From Welwitschia mirabilis (Eukaryota), in the NCBI GenBank assembly GCA_051453625.1, contig JBOZIK010000001.1, positions 40,365,919 through 40,423,655 of the forward strand: a stretch of DNA of 57,737 nucleotides, given 5' to 3'. A model generated the notes under the pieces. The model made no database searches. It saw nothing but the letters and a program-made list of their open reading frames with translations, and was not told the origin of the DNA. Each line of letters begins with the position of its first letter. Position 1 is the stretch's first letter. This document shows, in pieces, positions 1 to 14,671 of this stretch. A program made the translations under genes and the position numbers.

Positions 1-3000
1 CTATTAAAATATCTTTTTTCTCATTCTTTATAAATAAGGTAGGATTAGCTTTACCTTTTGAGAAATCATTAAATATGAGAAAGGAATTTAACCTATCAAA
101 TTAGGCTTTAGTTGCTTACTTCAAACCATATAAAGCTTTATTCAATTTATAAAAATGATTAGGAAATTTTGGATCTAAAAAACCAGGTGGCTGAGCTACA
201 TAAACTTCTTCATTTATAACACCATTCAAAAAATCACTTTTTGCATCCATTTGAAACAATTNNNNNNNNNNNNNNNNNNNNNNNNNNNNNNNNNNNNNNN
301 NNNNNNNNNNNNNNNNNNNNNNNNNNNNNNNNNNNNNNNNNNNNNNNNNNNNNNNNNNNNNNNNNNNNNNNNNNNNNNNNNNNNNNNNNNNNNNNNNNNN
401 NNNNNNNNNNNNNNNNNNNNNNNNNNNNNNNNNNNNNNNNNNNNNNNNNNNNNNNNNNNNNNNNNNNNNNNNNNNNNNNNNNNNNNNNNNNATTCCTATT
501 AAATTTGTGAAGTTCATTTTGCATGGCTAACATTCATGCTTCATCCTTCTCTGCTTCCTAAAAATTTTTTGGTTCAAAGGATGAAAGAGAACATAGGAAA
601 CTTGGACTAGGACTAATATACTTACCAATTCTTATTATAGTCCCTTGATTTAGATTACTTAGTACCACTTCCATTGGATGATCACATCTGGTTCGTTATG
701 GTAGTGAATGAAAAGTTTGACCTTCTTTAAAAGATTGATTAGAACTTGTAGAGGGAATACCTTTTTTGTAAATAAAATAATTACATTTATTCAAAGAAAT
801 ATTTGAAATAAAATATACATCATCATCTTTGTCTATGCTATTGGAAGAGATATTTAAATCATCTATTTTAATATGAGATGATTCCTCAATCTTCTTAGAG
901 GTTTTATTGAAAACTCCATAGGCTTTGCTAGAAGAAGAATAACTAAGAAAAATCCCTTTGTCTAATTTTCAATAAAATTTATCTATGGGACAGTTATCTT
1001 TAATAATACCACATTTGCTACTAAAAACTCTAAAGTAACTTACAATTGGACTCTTTTCATACTAGATTTTATAAGCAGTTTTCTTTATACCAGGTCGGAG
1101 AAAATCTCTGTTGGACATCTAGCAGGCTATGTTTACCACTTTAGCCCAAAAATGATGTGGTAGAAATTATTCATTCAATATGGTTCATGCCATTTCTATC
1201 AGAACTTTGTTCTTTCTTTCAATAACACCATTCTACTGAGGAGTTTTAGAAGCTGAAAATTAATAAATAATGCCATTAGAATTATAAAATTCTTCAAATT
1301 TATCATTATCAAACTCACCTTCTTTGTCTATTCGGATAGATTCAAGTGATGATTCTTGTTCCTTTTAGATCCTTCTACACACTTTAGTAAACATGTCAAA
1401 AGTTTCATCTTTACTTGATAAGAAACATACCCAACAAAATCTTAAAAAATCATCAATAATTACAAGAAAGTATTTTTGTCCACCAATGCTTCTAGTTTGA
1501 ATTGGATCAACAAGATCCATGTGAATAAAATATAATGGTCTGCTTGAAGTAACATCCTTTTTATTTGAAAAGCTTGATCTTACTATTTTACCTTTTAAGC
1601 AAGCATCACAAATTTTTCTTTGAGATACATTTAGTTTGGAAATGCCTCTAATAATTTCATTTGATGAAATAGTCTTAAATCTTTTAAGTTCATGTGACCC
1701 AAACATCTATGCCAAATATTAACTTCATTCACTTATACTAAATGATAATTCTCATTAGACTTATCTTCACAATAAAGAATATACATGCATTTAGATATTA
1801 GACTAGTAAGGATTTCTTGATTTGATAAGGCATTTCTAAGTACACATTTATCATGATAAAAAGACACTACATTTCCTCTATTATAGATTTGAGATATACT
1901 AAGAATATTATGCTTTAAATCATTTACTAGATATACATCATTTATAATCAGATGAAAAGAAGTAGCATCAATAGAGCCCTTATCAATAATTTATTCCTTG
2001 TTGTTATCTTCAAAGTTACTTCATCACCATTATATTCTTGAAAGAAAGAGAACAAACTCTTATCCCTTGTCATATATCTAGATTAGCCACTATCTAGAAA
2101 CCATTCAGTTCTCTCTTGGGCTTTAAAAGCTGCATAGACAAATAGAGAGGAAATTGTGATTTTTCTAATCCATTTTTTAACTATGTGAGGTTTTTGATTT
2201 TGTATCACAAAGGTATTTGAATTAATAAATCTAAACCTATTACTACCATATCTAAAAAATAAAGATTTTCATAATGGACAGGAGTATTTAACATGATCAT
2301 ACCTATTGCAATAATAATATTTTAAACTAACTTTACCAAAATATTATAGTTTCTGACTTGATTTAAAAAAATAAGGTAAAGAAGACTTACTCGAGAGGTT
2401 TCCCAATCCAAATTTGTCATGAGGAAATATACCAATACCTAGTAGAAGATCAAGGTTGTCTTTTCCTTGAGCTAATTTTTCAACTATTTTTTTTAAGTCT
2501 TGTAAGCTCTCAGAAAGTTCTTCTATATTTATATTAGCTTCTTCAATTTCAACTAAAGATCTGATATTTAACTTTTATAAGACATATTTTTCTTACCTAA
2601 CTCTAGACTCACTTCATATAATTTTTCATAAACTTCAAAAATATCACAATTGTCAAGATCATTATTAGAATTAGTTTTAGATTCTAAAGGAACTTCAGAT
2701 AGAGCAAAACTTAAAGAAGAAATGGAATGAATTTGACTTTGATCATCACTGAGAAATGCTACTAACCTAAAATTTAAGGAATCATCATCACTCTATTGAA
2801 CATCATTATCAAAGTCATCATTCCAAGTTGCTTTGAGAGCTTTTTTTTATTTAAACTTTGATTTCTTTTCTTTTCTTTTATTTGCATACTTAAAAGAAAC
2901 ATGACCAAAACCTTTACATTAAAAACATTAAATAGAAGAGAATGAACTCTTACCTTTATCATCCAATATTCGAGCTTCATCTCTATTGTTCTTGAACTTT

Positions 3001-3973
3001 TTCTTATTTCTTAAGAACCTCTTAAAATTTTGAGCTAAAAAGGCTATATTATCATCTGCTTCATCATCACTTAAAGAGGCTTCTTCTTGATCATTACTAG
3101 CTTTAAGGGTAATACTCTTCTTTTTGAGAAGATCTTCTTCTGGAAGAAGAATAGCTTCATAAGCCATAAGAGATTCTTTTAATTCTTTTACTTTCATCTT
3201 GTCAATATCTTTACTTTCCCCTATAGCANNNNNNNNNNNNNNNNNNNNNNNNNNNNNNNNNNNNNNNNNNNNNNNNNNNNNNNNNNNNNNNNNNNNNNNN
3301 NNNNNNNNNNNNNNNNNNNNNNNNNNNNGCTTCATAAGCCATAAGAGATTCTTTTAATTCTTTTACTTTCATCTGGTCAATATCTTTACTTTCCCCTATA
3401 GCAGTGATCTTAGGCCTAAATTTTAAAGATAGGCTTCTAAGAAACTTTCTTACTACTCTTTTTTCTAGAACTCTTTCTCTTAGACCATACATGCTATTTA
3501 CGATATTGTTGATTTTGGTGGTGTAATTAGCTACTGATTCTGACTCTTCCATCTTGATGTTTTCAAACTTTATGGATAAAAGTTGTAGCTTGGAGTTCTT
3601 TATAATATTTGTCCCTTCATGAGGGATTTTTAATGTATTCCACATCTCCTTGACCATTGAGCATTGCACAACTTTGTCATACTCTTTAGTGAAGAGAGTA
3701 CATATGATTGCATTCATCACTTAAGCTCACCTAAAGAATCTTTTTATTATTTTCATCCTAGCTCTCTCTAGGTTTTAGTACTTCCTTCCTAAGGGGATCT
3801 GTTTCAGTTAGAAGAAAGTAGCTAAATTCAACCATAGACCAAATATCTGGATTAAGAGAGGTTAAAAAAATGCTCATCTTTGATTTCCAATGGGCATAAT
3901 TATTGCCGTTGAAAAAAGGAGGTCTTGAGACTAATTGTCCTTCATGCCAACCTGCATTGCTAGAGCATTCCAT
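1..3973 (-). pseudogene. Copia gag-pol polyprotein remnant with many stops and frameshifts
   Basis: Fragmented ORFs 3758-3973, 3211-3720, 2928-3335, 1365-1706 and 116-517 are collinear with Copia gag-PR-INT-RT motifs. Confidence 0.9.
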
Positions 3974-4034
3974 TGAGAAATATCTACACTTAATATGAAA
4001 ATAAACAAAATATATGTAGATCTAAAGCAACCAG

Positions 4035-4046
4035 GCTCTAATACTA
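4035..4046 (-). promoter_or_regulatory. Degenerate tRNA-iMet primer binding site of the SIRE element
   Basis: Plus-strand gctctaatacta matches GCTCTGATACCA at 10 of 12 positions, 2 nt from the LTR terminus at 4049. Confidence 0.8.
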
Positions 4047-4048
4047 AT

Positions 4049-4995
4049 TGTTAAGATCATAATAAACACTCTAGAGGGGGGGTGGATAGGATAAACAAAG
4101 TATTCTAATAATTTTAAAGAAATATAAATCTGACAGCACAAATATTAAACAATAAATGAATAAATAACTAAATGAAAAGCAAAAGAAACATGTGCACTAG
4201 ATGTTATAGTGATTAGGCCAAGCCTACTCCACTCTCAGGGGGCAGCAAACAGTTATCAGCCTCCTGGTTTCCGTAATCTAAGTTCTTTACAAAGCCTTCT
4301 TAACAAGGAGTTCTTAGGGCCTCCATCCCTTTGCTTAACCCCTTGAGCTTCTTACAACAATCAAGAGAAAAGAGAGAGAGAGAGATTTGATGTAGTAAAG
4401 TTCCTAGATAGCCTAGGACATCAGTATTCAAAGCTTTAGATCAATCCTTGATGATGATAATTGATTGCATAAGTTTAGGCCATATTTGTAAATATTGATA
4501 TAGATTTCTTTAGGTGATCTTTTCAAAATGTAAGCTAACCACATTCATTCTAATAGGTAAAGGTATATATAGGCACAGGATAGAGAAGAGCCATTAGTAA
4601 TTAAAAACTACAATTAACATCTATAAATGGCTATATTTTCACATCAATGAATATATCTTTGGATGTTCCATCAAAAACGTTTGGACATCCCTATTTTTAA
4701 TCTTTATTTCTGGACAACCAAATATAGGGTTAGCCATCCCTATTTTCAAGGTCAGGCAACCTAGTATAAAAAGTCTATATATAGGGTCGGATGTCCCAGT
4801 TTGTCAAGACAGACATCCTGGTATAATAGATTCATGTACAGGGTCAAACGTCCCAGCTTGTCAGGATGGACGTCCCACTATATAAAACTGAGTAGAGATT
4901 CGGACATCCTGATTACTCAAGGTTGATGTCCTATTTGGAGAAATATTGTTTTCTTATTTGAGAAACTTCATCATTGAAAATATTTGATGTAGCAC
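4049..4995 (-). repeat. SIRE-type 5' LTR with palindromic GGACGTCC-like motif array (~4660-4935); outer end truncated or uncertain
   Basis: SIRE-like LTR motifs agagggggggtggatag (~4073) and ttatagtgattaggccaagcctactccac (~4204), TATATA near 4564, and about 10 degenerate ggacgtcc copies. Confidence 0.75.
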
Positions 4996-4999
4996 TTAG

Positions 5000-7900
5000 T
5001 TGAATGCTCTCTTTACTTTTTTCATTATGTTATTTGATCACATCTTCCTTTTCTTCATTATTGATATCATTGATTGTATCTTGCTCTTCTTTATTCTTTT
5101 GTTAAGGATTATTTTTCTTTTCTAAGTTAATGGATTCTTCAAAAGGATCATTAAAAAGATTATAAAAATAAAAGTTATCATTATATTCATTATGTGTTGA
5201 AAGATTTTCTAATATTTCTTAAGTTGATTTTTCTTCCTCTCTATTGAATAATTTGGTTAACTCTAAATAGTAATCCTCATTTTCAATGATTGAGTTACTG
5301 TTACTGAGATGAATCTTTTTTAGTAATTTTATTTCATTACTTAAATTCTTCATTAATCTCATAAGTTGAACTTCTATTAAATGTGAAACTTCCTCATCAC
5401 AAAGTAAGTGAAAACAAAGGATATGATCTAATATTTCAATGTTATCCTCATCTTCTTCTTCACCATTCTTATCATCTTGTTGCATATTGTTAGATTCATT
5501 AGAAGGAGAAATGCGATCATTATGTCTATCTTGGATTAAAGAACTTTTAGATTTTTCATGAGTGTATTCTTCATTAGGATCATCTAGTAATAAATATGTT
5601 CTAGGAATATANNNNNNNNNNNNNNNNNNNNNNNNNNNNNNNNNNNNNNNNNNNNNNNNNNNNNNNNNNNNNNNNNNNNNNNNNNNNNNNNNNNNNNNNN
5701 NNNNNNNNNNNTGAGTGTATTCTTCAGTAGGATCATCTAGTAATAAATATGTTCTAGGAATATAATCTAACACCTTAATATCATCATCTAATAAATGGTT
5801 ATCCTCATCCTTATTGTTAAAAGATAGAGTTAAATTTTCATTATCTCTCCTTTTCTCATGTCCTAATGAGTAGGATGTCAAATTTTAATTTAAAATTTTA
5901 TTTTATATTTGAAAGCAAGGATTATTCTCATTTATTTCTAAGTTCTCCTCATTTTTCTCAAGGTAGGATGTAGAAGGATAAATTTGAAGTTGTTATGTTG
6001 CAAAAGAACCTAGTGTTTGTACTAGTATTTGTTGCATGATCTCAACCAAATTATCTAGCTTTTTGTTGATATTTTCTAGCCTTTCATTGGTATTTTCTTA
6101 GTTCTTTACCATTTTATCAGTCATTTCTTTGATTGGATCATTTTCTTCCTTATAGTAATTAATGGAAGATGGTTCTTCTTCATAGTAATGCATGGAAGAT
6201 GAATGGGATTGATCACAATGATTGTAGGAAGTTTGTGTAAATGAGGTTAAATCCCTAAAATGTGGAAGATTTTCATTATCATTTCTATATGAAGTTTGAA
6301 AAGAAGAGGGGGAATAATAAGATGGTTAAAAAGAGGAATGAGTCCAATCCCTACTTTCAACATCATTTTGTGTTATTCTACCTCTTTTAAAAATATCTCA
6401 AAGTATTTTTCACTATAAAACTTAGAATCTTTAAGGTTCCTCCTCCTTTCTGGAAAAATCTCTTGAAGTGTTTTCTTACTATTATCCTCAGAATTTTTCA
6501 AGTTTCTCCTTCTTTCAGTAAGAATTTGTCCAAGGGTTCTTGTATTACTATTTATAATTGAAAAGAATGGAAAAAAGAGAATCTAATTCATGATGAAAAT
6601 AAGTGCACAAGGATAATCAAGTTCTACTTTCTTTAATGTTTTATCAAAATTTTCTATATTCTTAACACTCAAAAGATGTATAATGGCTATTGTTGTATAA
6701 AAAAATTTTTTTAGGGAATTAGATTCAGGAAAGAAAAAATGAACTTAGAAAGATATTGTATGCATCTGAAGATTATGTTCCTGATTCTACTTCAAAGCTT
6801 ACTAGTCCTTCTCTTATACTTTCTTATATTAGTAGACCTTTTTTTCCCTGATATTTCCTTCTTATATCAATCATACCATAATACCCTATAATTATAGAAC
6901 AATAGAAAATGAAATAAAGAATAACTAATAATTATCCTTCTAGTCATGGGAGTGATAAAGAGGATGATGAAAGCAAAAAAAGAAATAGAAAATAAAAATT
7001 TAGTAAACAACCAGAAGTAAAAAATAAAAATAGATACTATCATCCTTCTGGTCATGGGGATGACAAAAATCAAATATTATTATACTAACAAGAAATTGTA
7101 ATCTAAAAACTGAAAGCTAAAAATAAAGTTATCATCCACCTTGTCATGGGAATGATGAACAAGATGACACTAAACTAAAAACAAAAGAAATCCTAGAGAT
7201 AGAAACTGAATTTACAAAAACTACTGCCATTGTTCTCAATGTCATGTGGATGCTATATAGGATGACAACTATTATTACAGACTATGAAAAACTAAAAACA
7301 AAAACTAAAAATCTATAGATCCTAGCTGAGACCTATAAGGTCACTATAGATAAGGAACTAAATAGAAGGATGATTTACTCACCCTAATAATAACAATACT
7401 TGTGCTCTTTAACAGTCTTCCTCGGTAACAACATCAAGATATTAGGATGCATATTTTTGCATAGTCTAGTATGAATGAGAGTGATCTAAATGTTATAACC
7501 CATTGAAAACTTATAAGAGAAGAATAAGGATTGATTTTTCAAAAGAATATAATAATTAAAATTAAAAAACAATGTAATAAATAAGCATACGATGCAAATG
7601 CGAGTGCAACTAAATCTAAATGAAATCCAAAAAAAACCTAAAATTACTTTCTTCTAGCCTTAATAGAGGCTATCCTTAAGGCCTAGATCACCAATAAAAC
7701 TATCATTAGATCAAGGACAACATAAACTATAAGGGAAATATAACAAAATTAAGATGCATAATAAAAATAAAGTTTTGTGTTAAGATAGAACTAGTGTCTA
7801 GGTTAAAAAATAGTGAAGCCTCAATGGATGATGCAAAACCCTTCACCAAGGGAATGTCTTTCTGCAACTCATGAGACAGATCTTCAACCCTTCAATCTCC

Positions 7901-8382
7901 TATCACAAGAGTGTCTGGCATAAACGAAGATGAAGAAGAGAGTCAAAGAGGAGGCTTATTTATAAGGTTAAGAAATAAAATAAATGCATAAAAGATGCTA
8001 TAAAAGGTGCTCAATTACATGAAAGAAATGGACGAAATGGACAAAGGTCGATTGGTAGTTACAAGTGTCATCCTCATGATAAGGGAATGATGGTTTATAC
8101 ATTATGATTTTTTGTCCTTCATGTTGTGGAAATGACATGGGGACGATAGTTTTTCTTAGCTTCTTAATGCAAGAGCAATTAGCTCTAGCATTAGTGATCT
8201 TCTTCCAAAGCAATGAGCATCAAAAAGTGCCTAAAATGCTTATAAATATGCCAAGAATTATGTATTTCAGTGATCGTCCATTAACTCCCCAAAATCCTCA
8301 GATTTGCATCTAAAATTATATAAATTTCCTGCGAAATAGCTCATAAAACTCCATTAAAAACATACAATTTGGCAATGCATCA
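5000..8382 (-). mobile_element. Athila-like Ty3/Gypsy fragment: 5' LTR (~7444-8382), PBS, repeat-rich leader, degenerate acidic ORF; no pol seen
   Basis: tcctcggtaacaacatca at 7419-7436 resembles the Athila PBS complement TCCCCGGCAACGGCGCCA. The adjacent segment ends in gcatca at 8382 and has a tatttataa TATA near 7957. ORF 5219-5881 is low-complexity and acidic. Confidence 0.6.
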
Positions 8383-11300
8383 AGAACTAGTAGTCTTACA
8401 TGATAGTATCAGCATTTTGGCTTGAATGATCTTCAACTTTAATTAAGTTGAAAATTTCATGGACAAATGATAAGTCTAAAATTATTGTGGAAAATCAGTT
8501 GGATACATGTTTTTGTAATAAATTAATTATGTTATTGTCTTTCATTTAAATAAATTGATCAATTAACTTGATCATAGCATTAATTTATACATGTTAACAC
8601 ACCTCCTACCTAGGATTTTTCTGGTGCCTTAGTAAAATGTTGGTAATAAAATGGTTAAACATAAAAAAATTGTCTAAGTTGAAGGACTCAAGTGTAAAAA
8701 TGACGTAACTTTAAAAAATTTTTATGACCAACTTTTTGTAACTAAGGCATCAAAATGAACAATTTAGTGAAAATGATGTGAGAACTAAAGCCATAACCCC
8801 TAATCAAAACTAAATTTTATCCTCAAAGTTATATAGTGAAAAACATTAAATACATTTGAGAACATAACCTTAGAAAGATGTCAATGAGTTATTTATTGAA
8901 AATCATGTAAAATGATGCAACTAAATTATGAAAAATGAAAACTAACTACTAAAAATGATCATCTTATTAAAAGCTAAGTGGAAAGTCAATCCAAAAAAAA
9001 ATGGTTTATGCCTTATGATTTATTTCTCATGAAATGGAGGTGAAGTAAAGTGTGTAATGGTGATGTAATATGAAATGAGTTAAAGGACTAAATGACAAAA
9101 CCAATGAATAAATGAGAAAACTTACCTAAGATAATGGACTTTATTATATTATTGTGAATTTGATGCAAATCTCAGTATCAACTTAAGTGTAGCATTAATC
9201 AACTAAATTGTAGGAAATCAATAAATCATAACAAATATCAAGTATGAAAGTTAAAATGCAATAGTTCACAAAAGACCTCAAATTTTCACCTTTTTCGTTT
9301 CTTTATTTTTTATTTCTACTAGTACATTATGTCCTTAGTTTAAGCCTTTGAATCACATTAAGAATCTAGTGTTAGAACTTTTTATGTCAATAGATTTAAG
9401 CATATTGTTTTACGTAGAACTTAGTGCTACATTACCAACAAGTATTTATAGCCCTAATGTAATTGATTATGTCATAATGATATCATTAGAGCTACATTAC
9501 CAGTAAGCATCTATAGCCTCGATGTAGTCAACTAAACTCAATTAAGTAATATGCGTGTTTAGAGAAGAGATATATTATTTTTCTTATGTTCATCTTCTCA
9601 TATTCATTTTTTATGCACATTAGAGGGATCATTAGCTCATTAGCCTAATCAAGATAAATCTTGTTCCCATCAAAAGTTTTAGACTTAAGGATTATATATA
9701 AGGGTAGATTCCACCTTTTCAACTAACTTTAACAAAACTAAAGACCTTAAGAGAACACACTCTTAATTAACAAAATAAGAATAAGCATAACTCTTCCTTA
9801 AAAACTCATGAGTAAATTTAATTGAAAGAATTACTTAAGTGATAATTATATTGTTTTATTATTTATTTTTATTTAAAAACTATTAAATTGGGTGAATAAG
9901 TCATAAAAATTCATAGGTTGATGGTTTGGATGGATGGTTATGGGCTTAATGAGATGATTTGAAAATGGATTTAGTGAATGAAAATGTGTAAAGAAATGGT
10001 AAAATGGATGATAATGTTGTGAAATATTAATGGGAAAATCATTCTCAAGTAAAACATGGGTTTTTATAAGATAACTTACTACAAGAGACTCAAAGCATTG
10101 TAATTATTAGGTTTGGAGTTAAAAAAGTAATAATCAAGTAATGGTGTAGAATGAGAAATATTTTGCTCATGAGGAGAACATTAGAATTGTAAATTTTGGT
10201 ATTAACCTTTTTAGGGTTACTTAGTAATTTCATTGTATTAAAGATATTAAAGTTCAAATTCAAGTTGCCAAATAATATCTTCATTTGATCATTCTTATAA
10301 TTTACAAAGATGTGGGACATTGCTAGGAAAGGTCTTCCTAAAATGATTGGAACTAAATTGCATTTTTCTATATCCATTTCTAAAACAGTTAAGTCCATTA
10401 GGAAATAGCAATCTTCTACTTAAATTATTACATCCTTAATTATTTGTAATAGTAACCTTATGGAATTAGCAGCCAATTACAATTAGATTTTTAAATTTAT
10501 TTAAAATCATTGAAGCCAAGATCTTTGTACACATAATGGGGTAGGATATTAATCCTTGCTTAATATTTTTAATCTTCAATTATAATAGCTATTACTAGAA
10601 AACATGAATCTTTATACTGAGGTAAAAATTGATTTTAGATAATTTCATTGGTTTTCTAATCTAAAAAAATTTTGTTCTTTACATTTATACATCTCATTGT
10701 CAAGCACATATCCTTAAGAAATTTTGTATAAGAGGGAACATTTTTAATCGCTTTTAAAAGAGACATATTAATCTTAACTTCTTTAAAAATCTTTAATGCC
10801 TTTAATTGTAATTTATTGATGTTCTCCTTTCTAAGATGGTGTGGAAAAGGTAAAGGATCTTTATGTGGGAAAAGGCTTTTTTAAGTCTTTTACCTTTTCT
10901 TTATCCAAATCTCAGGGGAAGGGTAAAGCCTCTTTGTAAGTAGTTGTGATTTTTTATTTTTCCTTCCCTTTATCTATATATTCACTCTAAGTTAAGTCTT
11001 GATTAATTTTGAGGTAAACAATATTGATTTATTTTAAGATTCCTAACCCTTCTTTTACAAATCTAACTCCTTTAGGATTTAGTTGGGAATACATAGGGAG
11101 TTTCCCTAGATCTCTTTAGCTTAAATTAGAGAGGATCTAGGTTTGGATTCATGAGAGTTAATTTAGGATTTGTTCAATATTATTTAATGATGAGGAATGT
11201 TGCTTAAATATTGATTCATGATTATGATTGATTTAAACTTGAGTTTCCATGAATTTGCTTACTTGTTTATCAAGAGGATTATATGGAGGTGGTTTTTGGT

Positions 11301-14300
11301 AATTAAATGAAATAAATAAGAGGATGATGAAAGAAAAGGATTTCTTGGTTAATTGATTTAATTTTCTTACTTCTAAGAAAATTTAGAATGATTCCTTCAC
11401 TTAAGGTTGTATGTGTAGTTGTTCTTTAGGTTTTGCCACTGATGCCTTACCACATTACTTACTCATTAACTATGTTCTAAAATAAGTGGATGGATAGGCA
11501 TTTGACTATTTTATGGATATCAATATCATAAATAAGACATTATGGTTTAGCGACTAAGGATGAAGATAAGGATGAGATGGTTAAAGATTCTACTCTTCAT
11601 GCTAATTCATTTATTCTATATTTAATTGAAAATTTTAAAAACCTTAAATATGCTTCTGGATCTAATAAGGTGGTGAGACCTAGATGATTCTATAGGATTC
11701 TTACAATTTTGGAAGTCTTAACTATGCTTTTGAGATATTCCCAAACTTCATCTAAAGACATGCTTAGAAAGTTTTCTTAAATCATCATCTCAACTAATTG
11801 TCTGTTATTCATGATTAATCCATATTAAAATAAACTTGTTTTCCTTCTTGTCTTAAATCCATGTTTGGAACTTTTTTGTAATAAGTCCTTTGATCTTTCT
11901 ATGGCTTGAGAAAATATTTTATTTTCTTTTATTATTAGTTCATGATTTCCTTTTTCAAGGCATTTGTTTTATAATTAGAAAAATTTTTCGATATGAAAAC
12001 CTTATTTAGATTAACCCAAGTTCTTATGGAAAAGGATTTAAGGGTATATAGAAAATATCTCAATTTCTCTTTTAAGGAAAAAGAAAGCAAGATGAGCCTA
12101 AGGGCATCGTAAGTGTTCTGATATTAAGGGATCATGGATAAGACAGAGTTAAATTTCTTAAGATGAAGCTATGGATCTTTAGATTCTAGACTATGAAAGT
12201 AAGAAAAAAGTTAAATAGTGGAGGATTCAAACTCTAACCTTTGGTTTATGGGTAGCTATACTATGAATTAAGGTATTCCTAGGTATTATGATTAGAGGTA
12301 GTTATAAAGAGTTTGTCTAGCTTAGTTAATGTTAGCTATATCATCTTGTCATTTAGTAGCCTCTTGGGTAAGGTAATAGGTAGTTAATCAGATGATTAGT
12401 TTTTGGTTAAATGTTGCTTTACTAAGTGGGTCATTTAAATCTTATTATTGTTGATTGTTATTGGATCATCTTGGGAAGTAGAGGCTTGTTCCCCTTAGGA
12501 ATTATCATTGTATTTATTTCATCATGTACTTCTTGTATCAGTGAAGTGGTTTACATTATTCAAAGGATTTATAATCAATCTTCTAGAGTCATCACAAATC
12601 CAAGGCATGTAAACATAGCTTCAAAAACATTACAAAAACTTTTTCATAGAGTTTGTAAGTTAAAAAGGGTTTTTATGTTTTAACAAGGTATTTAAAAAAA
12701 TCTTAAAGCAGTTTGTACACAAAAGCTAATAGCATCGATCAGGGTAGGCTATGACACTAGTCAAAACATGAGATATAGTTTTAAAAAAAAAATCAGGTCT
12801 ACAATTGCCTCATAAAATATTTTGTGTATTAGTCTCATAGAAAGACTAAACTAAAATGAAAAATTGGAGAATTTTTATGACCTAATTCTCAATAAGATCA
12901 TAAAAAGTTTTAGATTTTTAATGTAGTGAATTCATAGAATAGAGAATTAGCAAAACATAGAAAATAACAAGAAAACATAATTGTAAGTTAAAATTTTAAT
13001 TTTTAAGTTTTTCTCTTTAAGTAACCTACAAAAACATACTATTAAACCTACACACAAAACTAGTTAAAATAAAGAAAGCTAAAGAAAACTAAAAATTAGA
13101 CTAATTTGGTATTACTAGAATTACCAGTACTAAACACTAGAAGACAAACTAAAGAAAGAAAGACAAGACTAGTTCAAGTATTACTAGAGTGAAGCAGTAC
13201 CCATTACTAAGGTTACAAGAAAAAAAAGAACAACTATAAAACTTGCAATGGGGAAAGAAAAACTTAGTGCTCTTTTAGGCAGCTACTTTCTCGTTATTCC
13301 TAGCAATAGTGCTAGAATTTAATCATGATTTACAATGGACTAGATTTGACTAAGTTTACACTTAGTATCATTATTTTTATAAGTATAACTAGGAAAGGTT
13401 TTTTAAAAGTTTCATATTAACTTTTACTTAATGTGAGTTACAAAATTTAAGAAAAGAAAAAATAAAGTTAATAATTTTTTGTTTGAATTTTTTTTCAAAA
13501 ATACAAGAAGCAAGCAAGCTTTAAGTTTTACTTAATTGATGCTTCTAAAATTCCTCACTCAGTCATATGTTGGTTAATCCTAAAGCAAACTTTATACCAT
13601 CAAGTATGAGGGATCACGTTATGGTGACATAATCTCACTCATTATTTGAGTATTAAAGAATTTGATTATCATTAATTTGTCATATCGTTATAATAAAAAT
13701 GAATAGTATAAACTAATTGTGTATAAGATACATTAAATTACTAAGATTATAAACTAATTAACTTAATTGAATTCACTTGTTTGATTTAAATAAAACTTGA
13801 TAATGTATTGCTACTTAAGCATTTCTAGCATAAACTAAATTGAGACTAGTGATCAAAAGAAATAACTCCTTAATATTAAATCAAAAAAGAAATCACATTA
13901 CATCAAAGATGAAAAAAAAAGGAAGGACTTCTCAAAATCCTTAAAAGTAAGCTTACTCCCCAAAGAAGTGCTCAAAAGGCCATTGCAACTTGATGCTCCA
14001 AGGTTCTATCTTTGCCAAAATGAAGGATATTAAACTAAGGGCTTAAGGCTCTTTTGTACATAAAGATGGGATAGGAGGTGGTTATAAACCCTTGGCTTGT
14101 AGTGTTAGATGAACGTTTACATAATGATGGCATTACGTAGGATGATTTATCATCTTTTCCATTTGGTAGAGATTCTCATAATGTGTTCAACATTTAGCTC
14201 CTAGATGCTGCTACTATTATAACCACTGTCATCACCATGTGTTTCCACTATCATCCTATACAACATTGCCATATGTTTTGTGATGTGTCATCATCACCAC

Positions 14301-14671
14301 CACCACATGTCATCGAGAATGTAAGTTACTTTTAATGTGAAACTTAATCAAGCTTATAACCAAATTTGATTTAATTCTTCATAATAAGTTAGGAACTTGA
14401 GATTTTCACTTTGTTACATGGAAAGACTAGTGGTGCTACTAGACCTAAACATTGATACCGATGTTTTGTCTTCAATGATCTTTAGTTTTAAACATGTCCT
14501 TCAATTTCACATAACTAGCCTAGAAATGTCATGAATAAATGATAAGTCTAAAATTATAGTAGCAAAGTAATATAAGACATGTTTTTATGGTAAATTGATT
14601 ATTTTAATGTCTTTCATAAATATAAATTAGTTAAATAAGTTGATTACAATGTCAATTTTTACATGTTAACA
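8383..14671 (-). mobile_element. Athila-like element with gag-protease but no RT/RH/INT (non-autonomous); 5' LTR 13320-14671, 3' LTR fragment 8383-8599
   Basis: 8450-8599 matches 14525-14671 and both end tacatgttaaca. Degenerate PBS at 13297-13314. PPT-like cacctcctacc after 8599. Gag remnant ~11700-12250 and protease ORF 10090-10398 (VPIILGRPFLA). Confidence 0.85.
10090..12300 (-). pseudogene. Athila gag and aspartic protease remnant
   Basis: DLTVLEMDIEKCNLVPIILGRPFLAMSH matches the Athila protease C-terminus. The upstream DALRLILLSFSLK..SIRTWVNLNKVF motif fits retrotransposon gag. Confidence 0.8.

Larger units (their letters stand above)
1..4995 (-). mobile_element. Ty1/Copia LTR retrotransposon, SIRE/Maximus-like, degenerate; its 3' part runs off the window start
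   Basis: Minus-strand order LTR, PBS, gag (SRPPFFNGNNYAHWKSKM, UBN2-like ORF 3211-3720, two zinc-knuckle remnants near 2900 and 2300), protease (WFLDSG near 2100), integrase (ORF 1365-1706 with CDACLKGK..IHMDL) and RT (QMDAKSDFLNGVINEEVYVAQPPGF, 116-260). This is the Copia domain order. Confidence 0.92.

Noticed and set aside
3154-3403. Direct repeat of ~75 bp in gag flanking a 100-N gap
   Set aside because: Near-identical sequence on both sides of a fixed-size gap is typical of unmerged contig overlap. The same pattern occurs at 5559-5762 and 39613-39868.
5219-5881. 220-aa ORF with repeated YIPRTYLLLDDP as a novel repeat protein
   Set aside because: The exact repeat straddles an N gap (likely artefact) and the ORF lies in a decayed Athila-like interior.
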